A stretch of DNA of 64,000 nucleotides from positions 1 through 64,000 of the forward strand of contig NIVC01002054.1 in assembly GCA_002269645.1 (NCBI GenBank), written 5' to 3'. Shown in pieces: positions 25,150 to 37,705 of the stretch (its first letter is position 1; the number at the start of each line of letters is the position of its first letter). The stretch is from Macrostomum lignano (Eukaryota). Position numbers and translations under genes: made by a program. The notes beneath the pieces are model-generated. The model was not told the origin of the DNA. It worked only from the letters and a program-made list of their open reading frames with translations, and made no database searches.

Positions 25150-25926
25150 GTTAGTAGTCACTCTTCTAGTGAATAGTCCCTCTGTCACTAGTGAATAGTC
25201 ACTCTCTCACTCGTGAATAGTCACTCTCTCACTCGTGAATAGTCATTCTTTCAACAATGAATAGTCACGCTCTCACTCCTACCTAGTCACTCACTCCTAA
25301 CTAGTCACTCACTCCGAACTAGTCACTCTCTCCGAACTAGTCACTCTCTCCGAACTAGTCACTCACACCTAAATAACCACTCACACCTAACTAGTCACTC
25401 TCTCCGAACTAGTCACTCACTCCGAACTATTCACTCACTCCTAACTAGTCACTCACTCCGAACTAGTCACTCTCTCCGAACTAGTCACTCACTCCAAACT
25501 AGTCACTCACACCTAACTAGTCACTCTCTCCGAACTAGTCACTCACTCCGAACTAGTCACTCACTCCGAACTAGTCACTCACTCCTAACTAGTCACTCAC
25601 TCCGAACTAGTCACTCACTCCGAACTAGTCACTCACTCCGAACTAGTCACTCACTCCTAACTAGTCACTCACTCCGAACTAGTCACTCAATCCGAACTAG
25701 TCACTCACTCCTAACTAGTCACTCACTCCGAACTAGTCACTCACTCCGAACTAGTCACTCACTCCGAACTAGTCACTCACTCCGAACTAGTCACTCACAC
25801 CTAACTAGTCACTCTCTCCGAACTAGTCACTCACTCCGAACTAGTCACTCACTCCGAACTAGTCACTCACTCCGTACTAGTCACCCACTCCTATCTCTCC
25901 CTAAACTGACTTGCTAGCACCATAAT
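25150..25926. repeat. 18-bp minisatellite CTAGTCACTCACTCCGAA with a unique 3' tail
   Basis: Tandem copies; the 50-bp tail 25877-25926 is identical to 30404-30453. Confidence 0.93.
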
Positions 25927-26659
25927 TAAGGATGAGCAAACTGTTAATCGCACAGTCATTGCCGATCATAACAAATGGTGTAAGAAAAATGATAGGCCTC
26001 AAACAGCCGTCAGAGCTAACAGGCAAAGATGGAAAGGACAGGACACACAAGTCAGAACCATGGATGGTGCTTATTCAGAGTCAGTGGATAGAGCTCTAGC
26101 AAGGGTCAAAGAGATGCTTGCTAATCAACTGATTCTAGCAAAGAGATCTTATTCATTTATCCCCCCCCTGTGTCGCCTTTTCTGCTGAACAAAAACACTT
26201 GCAAAAGAATGAAGGCACTTCTCCACTCTTGCTTGCACTCTGATCAGCCCGACCCCATACTAATTATCGCTTAATCCTTCCCCTCGGAGACTAATCACTC
26301 AGCTGATATGAGACCGTGGCGCAGTTCTTCTATTCCAATTTTTTCAGTTGTGGAAATTTCCAGAATCCAGTAGAAATGTTTCCTAACCACTGTTGGCGTG
26401 TCAGGAAGGCTCTCCGCTTAATGTCTTCCACTGCAGAAGTCTTCTAAGAAAAACCGGGTGCATGTTGCCAAGGATTCCTGGCTAATAATTACTATTTTTG
26501 GTTATAACCATACATCTTAAAAGCACTATGTAAGTAAAAATCATCTGTTTTGACCATAGACAAAAGGCTGACTCGGCTCAACCACAATGTGCATTAGCTG
26601 TATCCATATGATATCAACATGCCAAATATTATATACAATTTACTTCAAACCCCTCGCAG

Positions 26660-26913
26660 TCGCTCTGACGGGCCAGTCGCATCTGCAGCATCATCAGCAT
26701 CATCAACAGAGCTATCAGCAGCCTCAGCATCCTCAGCACCAGCTGCTCCTTGGCAGCGGTTTCGTAAATGGAGCCAGGCTGACCTCTGCAGAGGGTCGAC
26801 GCCAACGATGCAGTCCCACGGCTGCTGTCGATTTTCGAGACGATGCAGCCGCCGCCGAAGCCACTGAGACTGTGCCGATGACTGCCACATCCGGGAAAAG
26901 TCGCTGGGATGAG
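26660..26913 (+). CDS. Pcdh: Protocadherin exon 6 (cytoplasmic, His/Gln-rich)
   Basis: CGCAG acceptor, phase 1 matching exon 5; VALTGQSHLQHHQHHQQ...SRWDE; GTCAGT donor at 26914 (phase 0). Confidence 0.75.
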
Positions 26914-26949
26914 GTCAGTGGATAATCATTGAGAGAAGGCATTGTCGCA

Positions 26950-27310
26950 TTCTAGTCTTCTCAAGCTCGAGTCTTCTCAAGCTCGAGTCTTCTCAAGCTC
27001 GAGTCTTCTCAAGCTCGAGTCTTCTCAAGCTCGAGTCTTCTCAAGCTCGAATCTTCTCAAGCTCGAGTCTTCTCAAGCTCGAATTTTCTCAAGCTCGAGT
27101 CTTCTCAAGCTCGAGTCTTCTCAAGCTCGAGTCTTCTCAAGCTCGAGTCTTCTCAAGCTCGAGTCTTCTCAAGCTCGAGTCTTCTCAAGCTCGAGTCTTC
27201 TCAAGCTTGAATCTCTCAAGCTCGAATATTCTCAAGCTCGAATCTTTTCAAGCTCGAATCACCTCAAGCTCGAGTCTGTCAAACCGCTCCATCTCAAGCT
27301 CGAATCTTCT
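26950..27310. repeat. 16-bp minisatellite CTCAAGCTCGAGTCTT
   Basis: Tandem copies fill most of Pcdh intron 6. Confidence 0.95.
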
Positions 27311-27375
27311 TTAGCCCAATCTTTTGCAAGACCTCAATTTGGTGCTGAAGTGTTAAACTGTAAAAAAAATTTCAG

Positions 27376-27660
27376 TTCCAGCCAACTCGAATGCTGCAAC
27401 AGCAACAGCAGCTGCTGCAGATGCAGCATCAGCGCCTGAGCGCGGCAGCAGCAGCAGCCGCGAGCTCATCTGACGGAGGCGGCTGCTCTGCATCCGCATC
27501 AGAGAACGAACCGAATTCGCCTTCAAGCTCCAATCAGCAGACTGACTCTGGCGGAGGCGGCTGCGACTGTTCCAGACTGCTCCAGACTCCTCAGAGACAG
27601 CGGCAGCCTGCTGCGGACTGCGGGTCACCAGCGAGCGTCCGAATAGAATTGACCTGAGCG
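27376..27660 (+). CDS. Pcdh: Protocadherin exon 7 (cytoplasmic; frame ambiguity, see findings)
   Basis: TTCAG acceptor at phase 0 gives [11 protein letters not shown]...TDSGGGGCD...RIELT* (stop 27655-27657). Strong GTGAGT donor at 27661. An alternative acceptor at 27576 reads through to exon 8. Confidence 0.65.
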
Positions 27661-27672
27661 GTGAGTAGATTA

Positions 27673-28468
<796 letters not shown>

Positions 28469-28489
28469 TACAAACCCGCCCCCTTGCAG

Positions 28490-28740
28490 CGCCCCTGCCG
28501 GTGCTGGAGTCCTCAAGCCGGTCACCCAATCGGCAGCACAGACGCCCAGATCTGGTCCGGGCGCACCAGCCGTCCAGCAGCGGCAGCGCGGCCGACCCCC
28601 AGCTAACCTACATAACACTGATGGCCTGCGAGCAGCACGGCAACTCGCAGCAGCAGCAGCAGCAGCGGAGCCGGTTGCTGAAGAAAAGAAGCTCAGAATC
28701 TGGAGCGGGCCGGGCTGACCTCAGAGCGAGAATTGTTTGA
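28490..28740 (+). CDS. Pcdh: Protocadherin exon 8 (terminal cytoplasmic exon)
   Basis: TTGCAG acceptor, phase 1; [11 protein letters not shown]...[15 protein letters not shown]...RARIV* with GC-rich codon style like the other exons. Confidence 0.6.
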
Positions 28741-28849
28741 CCAACTGCCTGAGCTGCTCAAGCAGGGTTGCATTTCAAATTCTAACACTGATTAAACTGT
28801 AAACACTGCACTGCAATGACAGTTTTTATAGTGGAAAGCCTGTCTGTAT

Positions 28850-29600
28850 GAGGAAGTCCCGTTTCTGAATTGACATCCAGTTTCAAAAAGAAATCCTGTT
28901 TCTATAGGGAAATCCCGAATGCGAGGGTAAGTTCCGTCTCTGAAGGTGAATCCCGTTTGTAAGTGGACTCCCGTTTTAAGAGGAATCCCTTTTCAAAAGA
29001 ATATCTTGTTTCTAAAGGAAATCCAGTTTGTGTATGGAGATCCCGTTTCTATTGTGAAATCCAGTTTTATACGGAAATCTCGTTTCTATTGGGAAATCCT
29101 GATTCTATTGGGAAATCCAGTGTCTATGCGAAAAACCGTTTTTATTGGGAATCCCATTTCTTTAGGAAAATCCCGTTTCTAAAAGGAAATCCCGTTTCTA
29201 TAGGAAAACCCCGTTTCTATTGGGAAATCCCGTTTCTATAGGAAAAACCCGTTTCTATTGGGAAATCCCGTTTCTATAGGAAAAACCCGTTTCTATTGGG
29301 AAATCCCGTTTCTATTGGGAAATCCCGTTTCTATTGGGAAATCCCGTTTCTATTGGGAAATCTCGTTTCTATTGGGAAATCCCGTTTCTATAAGGAAATC
29401 CCGTTTCTATTGGGAAATCTCGTTTCTATAAGGAAACCTCGTTTCTATAAGGAAATCCAGTTTCTATAGAAAGTTCCGTTTCTATAGGGAAACTCCGTTT
29501 GTTAGGAAAAGTCCTATCTCTTAAAAGGAAATCCGATTTGTAAGGAGAATCCCGTTTCTGAAGTGGGAGCACGAACACCCGTATCTAAGGGAAATCCCCA
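28850..29600. repeat. 19-20-bp minisatellite TTCTATTGGGAAATCCCGT
   Basis: Tandem copies, degenerate at both ends. Confidence 0.9.
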
Positions 29601-29996
29601 TTAAAATAAAATATTCCCCGGCGAAAATACACGGTATCTAAATGTAAATCATAACGTAAGTAAAAATTTTAGTAAGATTTAATAGTATTTCTATGCAAGC
29701 ATGGTAGCTTCTTAATGTACAGTCAGGATCATAACCTGAGCTGTCTCCACTGAAATTTTGTCTGAAATGATGCAATTAATTTGTAATATTTTAATTCTTT
29801 GAGTTGAGACACATGATAAAGTATAACGATTCATTGCAAAGGTGTTTTAATTTGATAACGAACTATCGTGCATTCTAATCTTGCTTGTCAACGATGCGTT
29901 TCGCTGAACCTGCTACTAAAATACATCGGAAATAAGTAGTATTCAATGTTTATTTTCTATATTTCCGTCTGGAATAGCTTTAAGTTGGTTTTCCTG

Positions 29997-30268
29997 ACTC
30001 TCTCCTCTCCTCTCCTCTCCTCTCCTCTCCTCTCCTCTCCTCTCCTCTCCTCTCCTCTCCTCTCCTCTCCTCTCCTCTCCTCTCCTCTCCTCTCCTCTCC
30101 TCTCCTCTCCTCTCCTCTCCTCTCCTCTCCTCTCCTCTTCTCTCCTCTCCTCTCCTCTCCTCTCCTCTCCTCTCCTCTCCTCTCCTCTCCTCTCCTCTCC
30201 TCTCCTCTCCTCTCCTCTCCTCTCCTCTCCTCTCCTCTCCTCTCCTCTCCTCTCCTCTCCTCTCCTCT
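29997..30268. repeat. (CTCCT)n pentanucleotide microsatellite
   Basis: Direct inspection. Confidence 0.98.
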
Positions 30269-30453
30269 CACACCTAACTAGTCACTCTCTCCAAACTAGT
30301 CACTCACTCTTAACTAGTCACTCACTCCTAACTAGTCACTCACTCTCAACTAGTCACTCACTCCTAACTAGTCACTCTCTCCGAACTAGTCACTCACTCC
30401 TAACTAGTCACCCACTCCTATCTCTCCCTAAACTGACTTGCTAGCACCATAAT
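30268..30453. repeat. Second, shorter copy of the 18-bp CTAGTCACTCAC array plus its unique tail
   Basis: Same unit and identical 50-bp tail as 25150-25926. Confidence 0.9.
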
Positions 30454-30596
30454 GAACATGAACATGAACGCGATAAGGAGGACTGAGCACAGTTCACTTT
30501 TGACCACCGTCCGCTGAGAGGCTACCGCATTCACTGACAGATAATAGGATCGTACCTTTAGAAAACTGAACCTTTTTAAAAAAATAGAATAGAATG

Positions 30597-30847
30597 CTTT
30601 GGCACCAGGGGCGCCAGCACCAGGGGCGCCAGCACCAGGGGCGCCAGCACCAGGGGCGCCAGCACCAGGGGCGCCAGCACCAGGGGCGCCAGCACCAGGG
30701 GCGCCAGCACCAGGGGCGCCAGCACCAGGGGCGCCAGCACCAGGGGCGCCAGCACCAGGGGCGCCAGCACCAGGGGCGCCAGCACCAGGGGCGCCAGCAC
30801 CAGGGGCGCCAGCACCAGGGGCGCCAGCACCAGGGGCGCCAGCACCA
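30597..30847. repeat. 15-bp minisatellite GGGGCGCCAGCACCA
   Basis: About 16 perfect copies; source of the GAPGA, WCWRP and HQGRQ ORFs. Confidence 0.97.
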
Positions 30848-31346
30848 CTCACTCTGGCTAAGGCCCCTATTTCTAGCCGAACTCAAACTTGCTTCTCATA
30901 GCTCGTATCTCAAAATGCAAAGCAGCCGTACAGATTGCAAATTACGCAGTGAAACAACTCTAATTACACACCAATAAAATACAGCAAGAAACACGGGGCC
31001 AACCTGTATGCCTGTAGCTAAACTCATGCACACTGTTTCCATCTCATAGGAAAGCTTGTGCCAAGGGAAACCACACAGCACATGCACATGTGGAGAGGGC
31101 AGGCAGGCAGGTTTGAGAAGCGGAGAGAGACAGAGAGCTCTGGCGGTACAGGAAGCAACTATTTGCTGCATCAGTATCTGAGCTCCTGCCTGCTCAGCTC
31201 CCAGAACCTGTTCTCTCCCTCGTCCTACTCCTTCTCTTTCTGCCTTCCCTTCAACCGAGAGCTTCGGTCTCGCATTTTCGGAGGCCCCCAGCGGGGGAGC
31301 AATAAAAAGAGAGAGAGGAGAAGAGAGGAGTTGCAAAGCCGCTTTA

Positions 31347-31361
31347 GTTGCCATTAGCAAC
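31347..31361. promoter_or_regulatory. RFX X-box GTTGCCATTAGCAAC upstream of the coiled-coil gene
   Basis: Matches GTNRCC-N(0-3)-RGYAAC and lies ~160 bp upstream of the exon at 31519. Confidence 0.55.
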
Positions 31362-31518
31362 AGATAGAAAATTCGTCTTATTTCTAGTTATATACGAGAT
31401 ATGGGCATAGCAATCTCGCGTGGCATTGATAGGGATATTTTGGTATAGCAGAAAGACCTACACGGTGTTGCTTTATAGCAGTTTCGCACATTTTATTCTT
31501 GATCTTCTGCTTTTGCAG

Positions 31519-31560
31519 ATGGTTTCTCGGAAAGAATGGGACGATATGTTGTCAAAAAAG
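31519..31560 (+). CDS. Unknown coiled-coil protein, probable first coding exon. Gene = join(31519-31560,33500-33610,33928-34526,35131-36370), ~663 aa
   Basis: TTTTGCAG acceptor, then ATG: MVSRKEWDDMLSKK; GTAAGA donor at 31561 (phase 0). Confidence 0.5.
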
Positions 31561-31639
31561 GTAAGATTTAAATAGTTCTGTTGCATGAATTAGACATTCT
31601 GATAATGCCTACTAATGTGTCACTCAGTCAGAGCTGCAA

Positions 31640-32770
31640 GGGCGCCCATCAAGAGACCAGGAGTGTCCGCCAAGAGACAGGGATATCCGCCAAGAGACAG
31701 GGGTGTCCGCCAAGAGACAGGGATATCCGCCAAGAGACAGGGGTGTCCGCCAAGAGACAGGGATATCCGCCAAGAGACAGGGGTGTCCGCCAAGAGACAG
31801 GGGTGTCCGCCAAGAGACAGGGGTGTCCACCAAGAGATAGGGGTGTCCGCCAAGAGACAGGGGCGTCCGCCAAGAGACAGGGGTGTCCATCAAGAGACAG
31901 GGTGTCCGTCAAGTGGCAGGGGTGTCCTCCAAGAGACAGGAGCGTCCGCCAAGAGACAGGGGTGTCCGCCAAGAGACAGGGGTGTCCACCAAGAGACAGG
32001 AGTGTCCACCAAGAGATAGGGGTGTCCGCCAAGAGACAGGGGCGTCCGGCAAGAGACAGGGGTGTCCATCAAGAGACAGGGGTGTCCGTCAAGAGACAGG
32101 GGTGTCCGCCAAGAGACAGGGGTGTCCGCCAAGAGACAGGGGTGTCCACCAAGAGACAGAGGTGTCCGTCAAGAGACAGGGGTGTCCAACAAGTGGCAGG
32201 GGTGTCCGTCAAGAGACAGGGGTGTCCTCTAAGAGACAGGAGCGTCCGCCAAGAGACAGGGGTGTCCGCCAAGAGACAGGGGTGTCCACCAAGAGACAGG
32301 GGTGTCCGTCAAGAGACAGGGGTGTCCAACAAGTGGCAGGGGTGTCCGTCAAGAGACAGGGGTGTCCTCCAAGAGACAGGAGCGTCCGCGAAGAGACAGG
32401 GGTGTCCGCCAAGAGACAGGGGTGTCCACCAAGAGACAGGAGTGTCCACCAAGAGATAGGGGTGTCCGCCAAGTGGCAGGGGTGTCCTCCAAGAGATAGG
32501 GGTGTCCGTCAAGAGACAGGGATGTCACCAAGAGAGAGGGGTGTCCGTCAAGAGACGGGGTGTCCGTCAAGAAATATGGGTGTCCACCAATATGGGTATG
32601 AGACAGGGGCGTACAACAAGAGACAGGGATGTCACCAAGAGACAGGGGTGTCCGCCAAATGACAGGTGTGTCCACCAATAGACAGGGGTGTCTGCCAAGA
32701 GATAGGGCTGTCCGCCGAGAGACAGGAGTGTCCACCAAGAGACAGTAACGCCCACCAAGAGATAGGGGCG
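31640..32770. repeat. 20-bp minisatellite CAAGAGACAGGGGTGTCCGC
   Basis: Tandem copies in intron 1 of the coiled-coil gene, ending next to a hAT-MITE-like terminus (TGTACGCCCCTG, 32834-32845). Confidence 0.95.
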
Positions 32771-33499
32771 CCCATCAAGTCACCAAACATTGGTGCCCCT
32801 CAGGGTTGCGGTCCCCTCCATTTAAAATTCCTGTGTACGCCCCTGCATTAGTGTGTCACCCTTGTTACGGCATCCAGCTTCTCAATAGTGCATAGCCAGT
32901 TGCTAAACTGAGGCCAAAGTACTAAACTTGTATAAATATGAGGCACATATGGTATCTGTCAGTAAGTGTTGGCCGTAGGGAAGGTGTGGGGAGGGTGAGG
33001 TGGGTGCAAACAGTCTACAGCACTCGGTTGCCAATAGTGACTGGGTTGAACGGCACAGTAAATAGAATGCAAATGAAAAGGCAGAGTGAAGAGGTGAGGA
33101 GAGAGGAGAGAGAGAGGAGGGTGGAGAGCAGAGATCTTGAGAGTGTGTGCTGCGGTGGGTTTCGGCTAAGAACGAGCTGAGCTCATTTTAGACTCGGCTG
33201 TGCGCTCATCTGAAGTGGCTGCCCCAATATTTGGTCTCTGTCTCTTGATGTCACCCTGCGCACGACTTCAACCTCTGCCCCCAGCCTCTCCCCCTGACAG
33301 CACGCCATCTCACTCTCGCCTCTAAGCTTCAGACCTTAACAATTCCGTTAATAATAAGTCCTTTACCCAAGCTACCCCCTTCTCATCCCAGAGAAAGAAA
33401 AGTGTGAATTCCAGTGTGTATAAATTTATTAAAAATCTGTCCATGTCAGATCTGCATTTATTTTGCTACTAAAAGATTCAGATTAGATAGCTTAGATAG

Positions 33500-33610
33500 C
33501 GCAATTGGAGAGAAAAAATGGAAGTAGACATGATAGAAGACAATGCAGAGCTGGAGCAGTTGTATAGCGAACTTGATGGAATTGACACATTCGCTGGCAG
33601 AGTGCAGCTG
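33500..33610 (+). CDS. Unknown coiled-coil protein, exon 2
   Basis: TAG acceptor; RNWREKMEVDMIEDNAELEQLYSELDGIDTFAGRVQL; GTAAGT donor at 33611. An in-frame ATG at 33518 is an alternative start. Confidence 0.7.
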
Positions 33611-33639
33611 GTAAGTTGAGTCAAATCTGTGATACAGTC

Positions 33640-33875
33640 AACACAGACCAGTCTGTGTTACAGTGAACACTGTTCATTGTTGAAGACCCATCGATGCTAC
33701 AGTGAGCACAGTTCGTTGTTGAAGACTCATTGATGCTACAGTGAGCACTGTTCGTTGTTGAAGACTCATTGATGCTACAGTGAGCACTGTTGATTGTTGA
33801 AGACTCATTGATGCTACAGTGAACACTGTTCATTGTTTAAGACCCATCGATGCTACAGTGAGCACTGTTCATTGC
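33640..33875. repeat. 39-bp minisatellite (GATGCTACAGTGAGCACTGTTCATTGTTGAAGACTCATT)
   Basis: About 6 copies filling intron 2. Confidence 0.9.
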
Positions 33876-33927
33876 TTTCCAAGCTGCCAATGCCAATGCC
33901 TAAATCACCCACCAACCGTCATTGCAG

Positions 33928-34526
33928 CTGCTGGGCCACGAGCTGACACCCAACGACAAAAACGCTCGCGACAACACTGACAAGCAGATCGAGGCCTTTG
34001 AAAAGCTGGTCAACCACGCCGTATCTCGCTTCTCAGTCGAACGAACCCGACGAATGCTGTCTCGTCTGGCCGATCCGCCCTTTCCATCGTCGCCAAAGAA
34101 GATCGACCCGCGACTGAGGGCGAGTCCCGAGACGCCGCGACCTGCCGCTCAACAGCAGGCGCAACAGTCGCAGCAGCAGCACTCGACGTCGAATTTGGAC
34201 TCTGTCCAACGACTCCGCGACTCTTTGATGCGTTTGAAACGTCGCAGTCAGAAAAGCCAAAGCGAAACCGCCTTGGCCAATCAGGCTGAGACTTTCCTGC
34301 GTGACCTGCAGTACATGAGGCATTTGAAGCGCTACTTCGACGAGAGAATCTACTCCACTCTGTACAGGTTTTATTACGATCCAAGCGACCTGCTTATTGA
34401 CGAGGCCAACGACGATGGCGGCGATGGCAGCTCGGCGTTCTTTCTGACGCAACAGCAAATGAGAGACGATGACGAGGAGGACGAAGAGGCTGAGACTGAT
34501 CAGAAGCAACAGTCGAATCGCGATAA
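33928..34526 (+). CDS. Unknown coiled-coil protein, exon 3
   Basis: TTGCAG acceptor at phase 0; LLGHELTPNDK...FLRDLQYMRHLKRYFDERIY...NRD; donor AA|GTAGTT (phase 2) matches the next exon. Confidence 0.8.
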
Positions 34527-34569
34527 GTAGTTAAAAATCATGATTCAATCTGCATGAGCGACCTGATTA

Positions 34570-35020
34570 AGATCACACCCCTCCATCCTTAGGCTACGAC
34601 GTCCTCTGATCATCAGTAGACTAGCACACACCTCCATCCTTAGGCTACGACGTCCTCTGATCATCAGTAGACTAGCACACACCTCCATCCTTAGACTACG
34701 ACGTCCTCTGATCATCAGTAGACTAGCACACACCTCCATCCTTAGACTACGACGTCCTCTGATCATCAGTAGACTAGCACACACCTCCATCCTTAGGCTA
34801 CGACGTCCTCTGATCATCAGTAGACTAGCACACACCTCCATCCTTAGGCTACAACGTCCTCTGATCATCAGTAGACTAGCACACACCTCCATCCTTAGGC
34901 TACGACGTCCTCTGATCATCAGTAGACTAGCACACACCTCCATCCTTAGGCTACAACGTCCTCTGATCATCAGTAGACTAGCACACAACTCCATCCTAAG
35001 ACTACGACGTCCTCTGTCTA
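34570..35020. repeat. 51-bp minisatellite CACACCTCCATCCTTAGGCTACGACGTCCTCTGATCATCAGTAGACTAGCA
   Basis: About 8-9 near-identical copies with no spacers; fills intron 3. Confidence 0.96.
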
Positions 35021-35130
35021 AAACACACATCAATCCTTGACACTGAGCTGACCGAAAGTACATACAGAATCAGATATATATTAGACAATGCAATCCCATG
35101 CGGCTAGGGCTATTCACACTGACTTTTCAG

Positions 35131-36370
35131 ACAAGCCGCCGGCTCGAACAGTCACAGAAAAGGAGCTGCAACTGCTGGCGGCAGCAGTTTCCGCTACGGA
35201 CTCGACCTTGAGCAGCTCACAGACCGAGAGCAGCTGGCCTACGCCGTCGAACAGCTGTACGACATCAATGCTCGCTGGGGCAGCATCGTCAACACGGAGG
35301 GCCCGATCGATCCGGCACTATTCGACGCCGACAGTGAGGTCGAGCTGCGCGGCCTGCCGCCCTCCGATCCTGTTTACATCCTGCTCCGCGCCACCCCTGA
35401 TCTGTTCGTGAAGTGTCAGAAAAGTCTGCAGCTAGCACGCCTGTGGTGGCAGCAGGCCACCAGAATCTACGGCGGCAGAGACGCTCCAGCGCCAATAGCC
35501 AACTATCGGGAGAAGATGACCGCCCTGATGCGGCACATCGAGCAGAAGGAGCGGGACATCCGCCGCCAGGAGCACTCGGTCAATATTCACCTGGCCGATC
35601 TGCAGTTCCTGGAAGCGCGAGAGAAACGAGTAGCCGATATGTACGGAGACTCGGAGAGCCTTGAGAAGCACAAGAACGAGCTCGGCGAGCGGTACAAAGC
35701 CAAGATCGAGCAGCGCAAAGATCTGATGGAGCGCTTGGAGAACACTATTAAAAACACGCAACGATATCGAGAACTAGAAGAGGAGCTCAAAGCGATGGAG
35801 CCCGTGATGATTGATCTGTATCGAGAGCTCAAACTGCTGGAGTACAGCTTAGACATCAAGCAGTCTCAGTTTAGCCTGGAACTGGAGGTTAAGTCCAGCT
35901 TTGTAATCTATTCGGAGACGAGTAGGGTGAATTTGGAGAAGGCTAATCAACTATTGACTAGGCTTCGAGCTGAGAAGCGCAAACTGGAGCGCCGGTACAC
36001 CCTGATGAAGACCAATCAGGACCGGATGCACGAGATTCTGGGCCGGGTGCAGGGCCCGACGGAGCAGAGCCAACGGCCGGGCACGCACCAGACCTACACG
36101 ATTCGGAGACTGACGCAGGACGAGGAGAAAGATCTCAGGAACAGTCAGGAGACAAGCAAGGCCTACGTGGTCGCAACGCCGCCTCAGCAGCCTCAGCAAC
36201 AGCAGCAGAAGCAGCAATCGAAGACGCAGCATGATAAGGACGTCAATCCGTTTGCTGCAGGAAAGACTGTTCGACCCCGACGGAACAGAGGCAGCGGCGG
36301 CGGAGTCGACGGCAAACAGAATGGCGAAAGCGGAATGCCTACTAGCAGTAGAGCTGTTGAATCTCACTGA
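35131..36370 (+). CDS. Unknown coiled-coil protein, terminal exon
   Basis: TTTTCAG acceptor at phase 2. The frame is open from 35132 and continues into track ORF 35408-36370, with a long E/K/L/R heptad-rich segment; ends ...RAVESH*. Confidence 0.85.
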
Positions 36371-36427
36371 GCTTTAGTTGGTTATAACTATGGCTTAGTA
36401 CTGAGGAAGGTTGGACCTGGGCTAGTC

Positions 36428-36857
36428 CAGAGGCGTGGCCAGGGAGGGGGCAAGGCCCCCCCCCAATAAGTTGGCACAAGCTGCTGGCTGATTAGGCGCC
36501 CTTGGTGCTGGTGCCCCTACCGTGGCGCCCCCTTCAGAGTAGCTGTGGCGCCCTCTTGCGAACTGACTTGGCGCCCCTTAGTGCTACCGTCCTCACGATG
36601 GCGCCCCTCGAATGCCCAAAGCCTCCCAAAGACTCCCAAAGACTTTCAAAGACTTCCAAAGAATCTCAAATGCTCTCAAATAATCCCAAATAACCCCAAA
36701 GACTCCCAAAGACTCTCAAAGACTCCTAAAGAATCCCAAAGACTCCCAAAGAATCCCAGAGACTCTCAAAGAATCTCAAAGACTCTCAAGACTCCCAAAG
36801 ACTCCAAAGACTCTCAAAGACCCCTAATACTCGTAAAACATCCTGGCTACACGCCTG
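36428..36857. mobile_element. Putative hAT-type MITE containing a 10-bp GACTCCCAAA repeat
   Basis: Imperfect TIRs (CAGAGGCGTGGCCAGG / CCTGGCTACACGCCTG); flanks GGCTAGTC and AGTTAGTC match 6/8, consistent with a decayed 8-bp TSD. Confidence 0.4.
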
Positions 36858-37499
36858 AGTTAGTCGCGTCCACTTTTAACCTCGCGTACATGCACAGGAC
36901 AAAGTTTGACCTATATACATGTAGTTACATGAAACTTGATGACCACTTAATATTCAACAGAGTATTAATTAGAGCGTGAAGCAATGTTTTCTGTCTTAAA
37001 TAGTTTCATGTATATTTTGCATAGCTAGCAAACTTCTGCCTAAGATTACGTTGTTTAATTGATGTCTGTAAAATACTGCGTTTTATTACGTCTCTACTTA
37101 GAGTAGTTGTCACAACTCGTGGTCTGTACTTTTTCTCTCACCGGTGTAGATAGAATAGGAGACTATTTCAGGCAATGCCATGTCATTTTATTTCACTGAT
37201 ATGTAAAGCTCCGTTAATGCTCAGGTGCGTCTGCAATGAAGCATGTGCCTTTCTTTAACTTGTAAAAAAAGAAAACGATCGAGCGAATAAAGACATACTC
37301 AGAGTCACAGAGTGGCATTGCTGCATTTTCTAATATGACTGGCCCATGCAGTAACTTGAGTTCAAATAATATTTGCATTCTGTTCTGCTGTTGGAGTTCT
37401 GTTCAACAGAACGTGCAGAGCAAACAAAATACTCGTGAAGAGCATTTTTTAGCTTTGTGCAAAAATTAAAGTCAGCAGTAAGTCTTTGATAGAGAGTGT

Positions 37500-37705
37500 G
37501 GAGATAGAAGGGGAGATGAGAGTTTAGATAAGATGAGAAGAGATGAGAGAAAATGAGAATATCAGAGGGGTGAGGGTAGATAAGAGAGAAGAAAGAAGAG
37601 AGAAGAGGGGAGAGAGAGGAAAGAAGAGAGAAGAGAGAATAGAGGAGAGATAAGAGAGAAGAGAGAATAGAGGAGAGAGAAGAGAGAAGAGAGAAGAGAA
37701 GAAAC
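37500..37705. repeat. GA-rich low-complexity tract
   Basis: Direct inspection. Confidence 0.8.

Noticed and set aside
32604-32845. 12-bp inverted repeat CAGGGGCGTACA / TGTACGCCCCTG as a complete 242-bp MITE
   Set aside because: There is no TSD (GTATGAGA vs CATTAGTG), and the left copy looks like a variant of the surrounding 20-bp unit.
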